Part shown: positions 13,913 through 25,233 of the stretch, in pieces
Numbering within the stretch: position 1 is the first letter of the stretch
How the letters are laid out: each line of letters starts with the position of its first letter
Source: Octopus sinensis
Lineage: Eukaryota
Direction: 5' to 3'
NCBI RefSeq assembly: GCF_006345805.1
Contig: NW_021833122.1
Span: 1 to 64,000 of the forward strand
DNA: 64,000 bases
Notes under the pieces: model-generated
What the model was told of the DNA's origin: nothing
Database searches by the model: none
What the model saw: only the letters and a program-made list of their open reading frames with translations
Position numbers and translations under genes: made by a program

Positions 13913-14679
13913 ATATGGACATATAAATATATACATATATATAACAAAGTAAAGTTGTAAGGTACCGTACGTGTGGAAATATATATGAAAGAAGGTTTGA
14001 AAATGCAATCTTAAAGATGTTTATTTACTTAACCTGTTTCACTTTTTTAGAAAAAGATCGTCAAAAGTAAAATGTAAAGCATTGTATGAGCTTTGTTGTG
14101 TTAAGTACTGGTTATTAAAATACAGATATACATTCTTTGATAATAATAAAAGAATGTTAAAAACGGGTTACAAGAAAGCATTTAAGAAAGTAATCAGAAC
14201 GGGACTCCGAAAATTATTATGAGTTTAAAAAAATCATGTTTGCTTGGTAGTATATATATATACACAGAAGGAGATATATTTAAGAATTTACAAAAATTTG
14301 CAGAAGAATAACTGACCTGTCTTTCTGACATTTGGTCTTGTGTGTAGCTAAGGAATATTTGCTATTTTAAGGGATAGTGTGGTAGGAAGGAAGAGCAATG
14401 TGGAATCAAAAGGATTTTCGTTTCTAAGCTAGGCTGTCATGGTTCAGTGGTTTTGGGGACTGGTCTTAGAGGTAAGAATGGTGTGAGTGTGTGTGTCACT
14501 GTGCACGTCTCTATGTGTGTGTATATATACATGTGCTGGTGTTTTATATTGTCAGGGTGTTGTGTGTGCGCGTGTGTGTATGAGTTTGATCGCGCGTGTG
14601 TATGTGTGCGTCCGTGTGTGTGCGTGTGTATATTTGTGTGTTTTGTGTTGGCGGGAATGTTATGTGTCTGTACGAGAGA

Positions 14680-14830
14680 AAAGGAGTTGGTCTTGACTAT
14701 ATTCCATTGTAAATTGGATATGGTTGTTGACACTGTTGACTAAGTTTTTGAAATCATTAAGTTGGTCGAGTGTGCGGGACCATAGGATGGGGCAATCATC
14801 CAAGTAGCGTTTCCAATTCTCCAACAGGTA
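14680..14830 (-). mobile_element. Penelope-like RT fragment (mirror ~57505-57655, +)
   Basis: WKRYLDDCPILW..LNDFKNLVNSVNNHIQFTMEYSQDQLPF; same family as 31120-32375. Confidence 0.8.
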
Positions 14831-15261
14831 TTTGTGGAAAGATATCGATATCCTTTTATGTAAAAAAAAGCAACATACAAGTTGATATGTATGAGTAAAA
14901 TAAGGCAAGGTTGAAAATGCTAAAATAATTTTATCACGTACCTACATACTTATGGATTAAAAAAAATTACAATATAGTTTATAGTATTGAACGATGACAA
15001 AGTGATATAAGGGCCTGATGATTGGGATTACATTTTAAGAATGGTTCCAGCAAAGCACGGAGTGGTTTAGGAACCGGGAAATATACCTCATGAAACACGT
15101 GTAACCAAGTTATAAAATAGTAAGTATTTAAAATAAAAATTATTTTTTATATGGTGAGATGAATGGGCCTACTATCTATAAATGAAAATATATATTTCTT
15201 CATTGAGAATAATTTGAACCCCTGTTATGCCGGAATTTTTATTCCCTAACAAAAAAAATTA

Positions 15262-15502
<241 letters not shown>

Positions 15503-17096
15503 ATGTAGAAACGTAACATACGGGTTGATATGCGTGAGGAAAATAAGACAATGTAGAAAATGCTAAAATGATTTTATCACGAAATACATTTTAGTACTGT
15601 TTCCGTCTTTTAGACTTTGTTCACTAAGAGTAAAATACGAAAAACAATTATATTGCTGAAAGGAACAGAGACTGAGGCAGACTATCTGAAGACTTTGGAA
15701 ATATCTAACTATTTAAAGACTGTGGAAATATCTACAAAACATTTCACTTAATTTGTTTTCTCCAACTTAATTGTTTTTCTTATTTTACACTTAGTTGAAA
15801 AAGTTTAAATGAACGAAACCGGTACTAAAAGGATAAAATTAAATACAAAATAAGTTAATATCGAACAATGAGAATGATTGCTCAACACCACATCAGTGGA
15901 TAGAGATTTGCATGTATGTGTGTATCTGTGCATATATGCAAAGTACCATATGATGTATAGAGTAAAGTGTGATGTATAATAATTTATGGATCTGCACAAA
16001 ACATATAAAATATGCACAATTATATATCATCACTCAATGTTAGTAAATACCGTGAAGTCATCGAAGATGAAAAAGAGATAGCTGTGAATCGAAATTTCGT
16101 TGCTTACCTATATGCTGTTAGAGTAGTGGTTGGGTTCAATACTTGATAAGTATAGTCTTAATATCTTGGTGATGTTTACTTGGTTGTTGTTTAGGGAAAC
16201 AGTGCAGGACTAGTATTAGGTATGGATTATGCTTGTGCGTAAAATATTAAGGTTTAGTGACGAATGTATCTATACTGTGAAGGTGATGAAAAACTAAAAC
16301 CATAGTGCATGCTATGAGTGACACGTCTCTTTTATACTAAAGAATAATGTGAACTGAACAACAGAAAGATACATATTCTGTTCGTCAATATAAAGCATAT
16401 ACTCCAGGAAATGTCCTATAATCATAACTAGTTCAGTAATTCATTGGAATTAGTGGTATATTATTTAATGAAGTAGACAAACACAACTCCGGGCATTGTG
16501 CGCTTTGTTTTATGTGAATGATATTCTTTGACGATTTAGGAGGAAATATTTGGCCCAGTATTCATTTCTAACGTGGACACAAAGCCACGTCTTGAAATAA
16601 AAGATAGAATTCTTTAAAATGACCTCAGTATTTTGTTAGTAATTCATTTATCGACTCCTAGTGGATAAGGCATTAAGAGGAAATTGGTGGGTTTGGCTTT
16701 CTGAAATGTATGTAACGGTAACTAAATATCGCAATGTAATTTGTTCGCCACTCTATCGATTTCATCACTCACCGCCCACATATTTGAGACAGTATTAATC
16801 AACCAACTTCACGTATGAAAACCAACATATGATTATAAAATATGCTTTACTCCTACTAATTATTTACAACGAGTAAATGGTTGGAACCAGTAAGAGAATA
16901 GATGGAGATTTTATTGCTCTGAAATTATGATCATTTCAGTTTTCGACAAACTGTTTATAATTTCCATATAAACTATCATACACACATACATAGACACACG
17001 CTCAAACAAACAAATACACACACAATACATATATATATATATATATATATATATGCGTGTTTGTGTGTGTATGTGGGTGTGGGTGTGTTTGTGTAA

Positions 17097-17385
17097 AGGC
17101 GCATGGCTCAGTGCTTAGAGCATCGAGGTTACGATCGTGTGATTGCGAGTTCGATTCTCGGACTGGGCTGCGTGTTGTGTTCTTGAGCAAGACATTTTAT
17201 TTCACGTTGCTCCAGTTAACTCACCTTTGCCTTTCCCGTGGATAACATCAGTTATGTGGAGAGAGGAAGCGGGTATGCATGGGCGACTGCTGGCCGTCCG
17301 CAAACAACCTTGCGGGACTTGTGCCTCAAGGGTAACTCTCTAGGTGCAATTCCATGGTCTTTCGTGACCGAAGGGTGTCTCCTCC
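17097..17385 (+). mobile_element. tRNA-derived SINE, family 2 (mirror 54957-55245, -)
   Basis: GCGCATGGCTCAGTG A-box, GAGTTCGATTCTC B-box, TTGAGCAAGACA..TTTCACGTTGCTCCAGT body. Confidence 0.82.
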
Positions 17386-18075
17386 TATACATACATACAT
17401 ACATATATATATATATATACTTGTCAAATTTTTTTAATATTTTCTCAAGGTTTTCCCTTGTTAACTGTTTTTAACACGTTCTTATTATTATCAAAGAATG
17501 TATATATGTATTGTAATATTTTGTTACAACCAGTACCTAACACAACAAAGATTTTACATGTTACTTTCGACAATCTTTTTCTAAAAAAGTGAAATCGATC
17601 AAGTAAATAAACATCTTTTAAAATTGCATTTCAAACCTTCTTTCATATATATATATCCAAATAACTTACTCAATAATTTTACATTTTCAATGCAAAACCA
17701 AACTGCTAACGACTAATTAATTTACTCTGGCATATTCGTTAAAAAAATGTGGTTATTAAAATTACATGATTTTCTAATGATATATTGGACTATCTAAGAT
17801 ATTGGACTATCTATGTGTGAGTGCTACATTAGTAAATTCTTGCATGCATTAATTTCTTTGTAAAAAGAAAAAAGATTGGCATCGTGATGTTAAATACGTT
17901 TAAGAAATACCCGTATTAGTAAGATAATGTTACGATTTTAACCAGCAATGAGACCTTACATGATAAAAGACGCACCTAGTATTCAGGTGGTCAGATACAA
18001 TGCATTGTGATGATGGTGGAAATGAAATACAAAACCCACAAAAACACGTTACTCACCGTTTCTATCTAGTATTAA

Positions 18076-18369
18076 CTAAGATACACAGTCGCATCCAGAC
18101 TTGTAAGGAGGCCTCTCGTCAAGAGATTTATGCATTTTGTATGTGCCCTTACAATAACTAAAAAAACCACACATATTAGTCATTATACAACTTGATGCGC
18201 AATCTATGAGTGAACGTGCGGTTTGAGTTCCAATCAACCAGTTATCCAGGCACGCTATCTTGCTCATTTTTCCATAATAACTTGCATGGTTCGATTCGCC
18301 AATCTCCAACGTCACGAGAAATATAATGGTGAAAACCCGCAGTAGGTTGTAGAGTACATGCATTTTCAT
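18076..18369 (-). CDS. Coding exon 1, left copy: signal-peptide-like N-terminus plus PAN/Apple-like Cys motif (97 aa to TAG)
   Basis: MKMHVLYNLLRVFTIIFLVTL hydrophobic start; ARSLIDCASSCIMTNMCGFFSYC motif; acceptor TTTTTCAG 2 nt before ATG; donor G|GTGAGT 19 nt after the stop. Confidence 0.7.
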   Translation of the reverse strand: MKMHVLYNLLRVFTIIFLVTLEIGESNHASYYGKMSKIACLDNWLIGTQTARSLIDCASSCIMTNMCGFFSYCKGTYKMHKSLDERPPYKSGCDCVS

Positions 18370-18432
18370 TCCTGAAAAATATATAAAGCAATATATACAT
18401 GTGTGTGTATGTGTGCATGTGTGTATCTCTGT

Positions 18433-18813
18433 ATCCGCTCAGTCGAAGTCGACTCTCAGTCACTCGTTGGATCAGTGTTCTCCAGTCAGTTCTATCATGG
18501 GCCGCTTCTTTCAGATTGGATATGTCCATTCCGCTATCACTCTTGATGGGTTCAAGCCAGCGAGTTCTTGGTCGACCTCTTCCTCTTTTGCCACTGACCA
18601 TTCGGAGCATGATGTCCTTCTCCAGGGATTTTCTCCGCATAATATAACCAAAATATGCCAATCTATGCTTGGCGATCCTAGCTTCTAGCGACATTTTCGG
18701 CCTTATCTTCTTAAGAACTTTTCCATTGGTGAGCCTCGCTGTCCATGGAATCCGCAAAAGTCTTCTCCAACACCAAAGCTCGAATGCATTTATTCTCTTC
18801 TGGTCAGCTTTTA
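18433..18813 (-). mobile_element. RTE/BovB-like LINE 3' fragment (left arm)
   Basis: RINAFELWCWRRLLRIPWTAR..RLAYFGYIMRR..GKRGRGRPRTRWL, typical RTE RT C-terminus. Confidence 0.92.
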
Positions 18814-20241
18814 CTAAAAGGAAATGGAGCAGTAATATAGTGGATACTTTGTTACATTCATTTGTATCTCGATGTATAAAGTCATACATAAAATATTTGA
18901 AATGAAAAGGCATAGAATCAACAAAAGAAATAAGCATAAAAGAATCTCCAATATTACTAGGACTTATTATCATTTATTTTCTAAAATCTTATAAACAAAC
19001 TTCCACAGCTCCATGTATATATATATATATTATATATATATATATATATCGATATTATCCACAAATCTTATATATATGTAATTCACTAGTAAAACAAATT
19101 ATATTTTTTATATCATGGGAAAATCGTAGAGTAAAAAATGTTTGACTACACGATGAAAGGGAGTTTGCTAGTTATTAAAGTTATACTTTAGAAAAATCTA
19201 ACGGATTATAAAATCTACCTCATATTAAACATTTTATTTCGTATAAAAATATAAATTCTCTCACATGTCAGTGCACTATAATTTTTTTATATACATGCTA
19301 CTTTTCTTAGAACAATAGAAAGTATAACTTAGTACACCGAAATGCTAAATAATAATAGTTATTATAACTTTTGTCCGAAATACATTCAAAAATATTATCG
19401 TAGCATACAATATATCATAGCATTTCCCTTTTTCCTCTTTCATATCCTAATCTTTTTGTATCTTATACCCGACATAAAAAATTCATGTGTTTTTCTTCTC
19501 CCACTTTTCTCCCATTTTGTTACAATTCATTATTTTTCGCCCCTCATAAAATGTTTTCTTGTTTTCTTTCTATAACCTTATTAAATTTTTTGCGCATAAA
19601 TATTTAAATTCCTCTCCAAAGTATGTAAACAACAATTTTTCTCTGAATAAGGAAATTTATACAAGAGTACATTGAAATGCAAAATAACTAATAGTTATTT
19701 TACTATATAATACTTATTTTGTCAAATCTATTATAGTATTTTAGCAAGATTTCATTTGATAATATCACTCCACAGGACCTCGGCGTCCTAATGAATTATT
19801 GCTTACGTTATTTGAATATTTGTTCTTTCGTTATTTGAATATATGTTATTTATTACTTATTTCGTTGCTCACTACCAGAAAGTAAACATCTTCCCTGTGG
19901 ATATCCAGGCATAATATGGGGTTATTTTACATGTATCATCGCTCGAATGGAGATGATCTAAATATAATGGCAGGATTGAAACATATGTAGGATTCTTCTA
20001 TAATTATTTCTTTTGCTGATTCTGTTTCTTTTAATTTCAAATATTTTATGTATTACTTTCTTCATCGTAACACAAATAAAATTAACTAAGTTTCCAATAT
20101 ATTTCTTTATTTTCTTTCATTTACTTTACACATTATTGGTTTATCCAAATATGTTGCAGAACTTTCTTTCAATACATTTGATAAAACCAGTTGATATCTG
20201 GATTTAAAAAAATAATATCCCAGATGATAAAGTTGCAAACT

Positions 20242-20285
<44 letters not shown>

Positions 20286-20288
<3 letters not shown>

Positions 20289-20662
20289 AACCACGTAGTT
20301 CCGGGTTCATTCCCACTGCGTGGCACCTTGGGAAAGTGTCTTCTAATATAGCCTCGGGCCGACTAAAGCCTGTGAGTTGATTTGGTAGACGGAAACTGAA
20401 AGAAGCCTGTCGTATATATGTATATATATATATATGCGTGTGTGCGTGTATGTTTGTGTTTGTCCCCCTATCATTGCTTGACAACCGATGCTGGTGTGTT
20501 TATGTCCCCGTCACTTAGCGGTTCGGCAAAAGAGACCGATAGAATAAGTACTGGGCTTACAAAGAATAAGTCCTGGGGTTGAGTTGCTCGATAAAGGCGG
20601 TGCTCCAGCATGGCCGCAGTCAAATGACTGAAACAAGTAAAAGAGTAAAAGAGAGTAAAGAG
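20286..20662 (+). mobile_element. SINE family 1, 5'-truncated, left arm only
   Basis: Homologous to 13190-13558; no counterpart at ~52080-52110. Confidence 0.85.
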
Positions 20663-20706
20663 TAATATATATGTGTGTGTGTGTGTGTGTTTGTGTGTAT
20701 ATATAT

Positions 20707-20740
<34 letters not shown>

Positions 20741-20906
20741 CATACATATACACACAGGGTTAGCCCAAATTAATGGAATCACCTTAAAATTTCGAACAAA
20801 TTTATCTTAAATTTGTACAGGACCGCCTTTCGCAGTAATTAACAACTTGAATTCTACGAAGATTTTAAAAATTATTCCACACGAGGAAGTTGCAAACTCA
20901 ATATAT

Positions 20907-20959
<53 letters not shown>

Positions 20960-21026
20960 TTATACATTACATGTGCGTGTATGTATATATATATATGTGT
21001 GTGTATGTGCATATATATATATATGC

Positions 21027-21629
21027 ATATAAATTCAACAACAATTGAGGAATGGCCTTAATAGGCCATTCGACCCACTAGAAAGAGCAGCCAGGACTCA
21101 AACCGCTAAGTAGTAGTAATTCAGATATTAAAGGAAAATTTAAAACATTTACCCTAATTCATCTTTAGACAATGCATTGTTTCGGTGTTTTTAATGGCAA
21201 ACCAGCTTAATTAAATTAAATTAAGTCAATCTACCAAAGGCTACACCTCATCGGTAAAGAAGCCAGGAGAGACAGATATACACGAGGCAGTTGTATCTAT
21301 GCCCTAGGAATATCTGCCTAAAATTTTCAAAACCATCGTACTCGCGCCAACTTATCAGCAGTAAATATAAACTACTGATTCAATTTCAGAATTAGTCAGA
21401 AAATCATCAATTAATCAATATAGGGTAGCAAAAAATTCAATAGAAATTTATCGCCACCAGCGGTCTAGTGAGAAAGAGAAAATAGTCAAGACTATATATA
21501 TAAATTCAACAACAATTGAGGAATGGGCTTAATAGGCCATTCGACCCACTAGAAAGAGCAACCAGGACTCAAACCGCCAAGTAGTAGTAATTCAGAAATT
21601 AAAGGAAAATTTAAAACATTTACCCTAAT
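21027..21629 (-). mobile_element. Retrozyme-like / non-autonomous Penelope-derived element: ~1.3 tandem copies of a 471-bp unit, left arm only
   Basis: ~132-bp direct repeats at 21027-21158 and 21498-21629 (4 substitutions by eye); no ORF; contains a hammerhead ribozyme; sits in TA/TACA microsatellite. Confidence 0.72.
21162..21260 (-). ncRNA. Type I hammerhead ribozyme (core variant CCGAUGA)
   Basis: Minus strand: TCTTTA CCGATGA GGTGT [54 nt] ACACC GAAA CAA TGCA TTG TC^TAAAGA. Stem I TCTTTA/TAAAGA, stem II GGTGT/ACACC, stem III ACAA/TTGT with palindromic TGCA loop, GUC cleavage site between 21168 and 21167. Confidence 0.8.
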
Positions 21630-21676
21630 ACATACATACATACATACATACATACATACATACATACATACATACA

Positions 21677-22916
21677 CAGGGTTTGTCCAAAGTAATGGAA
21701 ACACCTTAAAATATCAAACAAATTTATTTAAATTTGAGTAGGACCGACTTTCGCAGTAATTACCAACTTCGATTCTGTGAGGTATAAACTCATAAAAAGT
21801 TTGAATTGTTTCCAAAGGAAATTGTGTCCAATCTCCAGCTAGAGAGTCTCCAGTTCTTGTAATGGTGATGATGGAATATATCAACTCTTGTTTTACAGAA
21901 ATGCACCAAAAATGTTCAATAATATTGAGATCTGGGGACTGTGGTGGCCAGATGTTCAACTTCAGTAAACATTTTAGCTGTGTTAATTGGTGCATTGTCA
22001 TCCTGAAACATTGCGTTTCCCTCCAGAAACAGTTCCGCAACCATAGGATGGATTTGATCAAATGAAATGCTTAGATTGCCTTGACTATTAATTCTACCAT
22101 AAAGAGAAACCATTGGGCTAGCGGAAGTCCAATAAATAGCCCCCACGCCAGATCATCACAGATCCTCATCCATGTTTAACACTTGGAAGAAGGCAGTCTG
22201 GGACAAATGTTTATTTTGGTTGTCTCCTCACGTGTACTCGGCCGGTGGTTGGAAATAAGATAAAGGATGAATCATCCGAGAAAATAACTTTTTCAGCTGC
22301 TCTAGGGACCAATTCTGTAGGATTTTATTCCATTCTAAATGCTTTTCGATGTTTGTATCTGAAGGTAGTGATTTTCTGATTGGAGCCTTCCCGTGAAATC
22401 CAGATTTTTGCAGCTCTCGGCGAAGAGTTTTTGTAGAATCTGGGTCCCGGAGGTGTTCATTAAGCTCTGCAGTAATTTTTCGGGCTGTACTTCTGTGATC
22501 CTTTCTAAGAATTTGCATAATAGTCCAACGGTCCCTATCTGAAAGTATTGTTTTTCTTCCGGAGTTTTGTTTGGACGAGGAGGTTTTTTTACTCTTTCTC
22601 AAAGGCTATTATTACTTTCGAGAGAGTACCTCTTGATACACCAAACATTCGGCTGTTTTCATTAACCTACCGCCTGCCATACGAGCAACAACAATTTCAC
22701 CTGTTGAAAGTCCGATAGATCTGTTATTTTAATGAAGTTTACTTTCATTTTTCTGATGATATCTGAAGAGAAACAACTATTTTAGCAAAACATATTAAGC
22801 AACACTAATAATAAATCAAAAGACATAAAAATCAACAAGCTCTTGATAGTTTTATAGATATTTCAACATTATGATGCTAAGATGTTAGGTGTTTCCATTA
22901 TTTTGTCCAACGCCTG
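21677..22916 (-). mobile_element. Tc1-family DNA transposon, degraded full-length (left arm)
   Basis: ~30-bp TIRs CAGG..TTG(T/G)..AAA.TAATGGAAACACCT; 3' TA; transposase pieces SGRKTILSDRDR, FQDDNAPI, WPPQSPDLNIIEH. Confidence 0.92.
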
Positions 22917-22977
22917 TATATATATATTAGCTGAGATACTTGGCGTTGCTCCAGACTAGAATGGCGTGGTTTATGTA

Positions 22978-23112
22978 TTGTTTTACATGTTTCAGCCATT
23001 TGAGTGCGGACATGCTGGAGCACCGCCTCTAATCAAATAAATCGACCCCCAGTATTCATTCTTTGTAAGCCTAGTACTGATTTTATCGTCGTCATTTGTC
23101 GAACCACTAAAG
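22978..23112 (-). mobile_element. SINE family 1 3' fragment (mirror ~50935-51070)
   Basis: CATGCTGGAGCACCGCC..CTTTGTAAGCCTAGTAC matches the SINE body. Confidence 0.7.
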
Positions 23113-23922
23113 ATTAAGCACACGTATTAAATATTAATTTAAGGGTTTGTATGTTACTGTAAATGGCTTGCAAATTTGGAACTGCTACGATAATTATTAA
23201 CTGGCAATTGTACTGTAAATATATAAACTAAGAGGATCTTAGTGTTGTCGCATGAAAATTGAAAGTGAATGAATAAAAGTGTTACAATATTATAGTGTTA
23301 TCACATTAGAATTAATACCGGAAGAATAAAAATGGAAACAATATTATTTCACAATATAGATGTTATTGTTTTACTTTTGACACCTAATAAAGAACCAGTG
23401 CAAGACATTGCTCCGGGCCCGCATTAGGTGAGAAATTGAAAACGTTTTGGGACCATGATATACATATAGTAAGAGAGACACATACAGGCATATATTTACG
23501 CATGTCATAGACACATATACATATGCATGTGTGGATATGTGTGTCCATCTTTAAAGATATATCTAACGTGAAAACACACACACAGTCACAGGGATATATA
23601 TAATGATGCACTCACACAAACATAGACACTCATATACGAAGTATGACGTTGACGCCGAACACGGAAATGACACAAACTGAGACTCGTACACATTCACACA
23701 CAAACACACACACACACATCACACACATACTCACTCATATAGAAAATGTCACGTTGTCGTCGTCGTTTTCGTGTTCGTATAAAAAGTCGTGAACTATATT
23801 TTTCTATAGCAAGATTACCTCTATTAAATGTTATATTGTGTTAATCGATTAACGAAATAAAAGCACATGTACGAACTGCTAATTTAACAGTAAATGCCGC
23901 AATAATTATTCCATAATTATTC

Positions 23923-23961
<39 letters not shown>

Positions 23962-23962
<1 letters not shown>

Positions 23963-24985
23963 GAGGGGCGTTCAATAAGTAATGCCCCTGACCCACTTGC
24001 AATTGTTTGATCTAGCTGAAATTTTGCAAATGCAATTATTTATATCTCTATAGATTAAATGAAAAACTACAGCTCTGAACTAATTCTGGTTTATGATTTA
24101 CAGGTGTTTGAACTGAGGCAAGTGTGAAATGGAGCCTGTTGAGTGTCGAGCAGTGATCCGGTTTTTGTATTTGAAAGGACGCACACCACGGGAGACTTTT
24201 GATGAAATGAAAGTAACTTATGGTGATGGTGCCCCATCATATGACCTTGTAAAACGCTGGAATCGTGAATTCAAACATGGTCGGAACTCTGTGGAAACAG
24301 CTCCCAAATCTGGTCGCCCCCTTTCTGCCATTGATGAGGCATCTGTCCGTCAAGTTGAGGCTGCCATTTTGGAAGATCGACGCATAACTATTTGCTAAAT
24401 AGCCCATGAGGTCAAGATTAGTACCAGGTCAGTGGAAACTATCATTCATGACCATTTGCATATGCAAAAGGTGTCTGCCAGATGGATTCCCAGGCTGCTC
24501 ACACCTTTCCAGAAGCAAGAACGCATCGAGTGCTCGAGGATGAATTTGGAGATGTGCCAAGATGAGTCAAAATTTTTCAAAAGACTGATTACACAGGATG
24601 AAACCTGGGTCAATCACTATGATCCAGAGACCAAAGCCGAGTCAATGCAGTGGGAACACCGTGACTCACCTCCTCCAAAGAAGGCAAAGGTGCAGCCCTC
24701 CGCTGGCAAGGTCATGCTGACAGTCTTCTGGGACCAGGACGGAGTAGTGATGACAGATTTCCTGGCAAAGGGTACCACAATTACAGGAGCCTATTATGCT
24801 TCACTTTTGAGAAAATTAAGAGAAGCTATCAAAATCTAGAGGTGGGGCAAGATCAGCAAAGGCATCCTCCTCCTGCAGGACAACGCTCCGGTCCACAAGT
24901 TGCGTGTCGCCAGATCAGAAGCACAGGCGTGCGGCTATGAACTCCTCCCCCCATCCCAATACTCACCTGACCTTGCACCCTCTGA
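23962..24985 (+). mobile_element. Mariner transposon, 3'-truncated, transposase with two premature stops (left arm)
   Basis: TA|CGAGGGGCGTTCAATAAGT 5' TIR; MEPVECRAVIRFL, WIPRLLT, ITQDETWV, QDNAPVH, YSPDLAPS; TAA at 24396-24398 and TAG at 24837-24839. Confidence 0.95.
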
Positions 24986-25115
24986 ACGATATTTTTCTAT
25001 AGCAAGATTACCTCTATTAAATGTTATAATGTGTTAATCGATTAACGAAATAAAAGCACATGTACGAACTGCTAATTTAACAGTAAATGCCGCAATAATT
25101 ATTCAATAATTATTC

Positions 25116-25153
<38 letters not shown>

Positions 25154-25233
25154 AGATAGATAGATAGATTAGATAGATAGATAGACAGATACAGGCATAC
25201 ATACATAAAAGCACATAAGGTTTGGTAAAGAAA

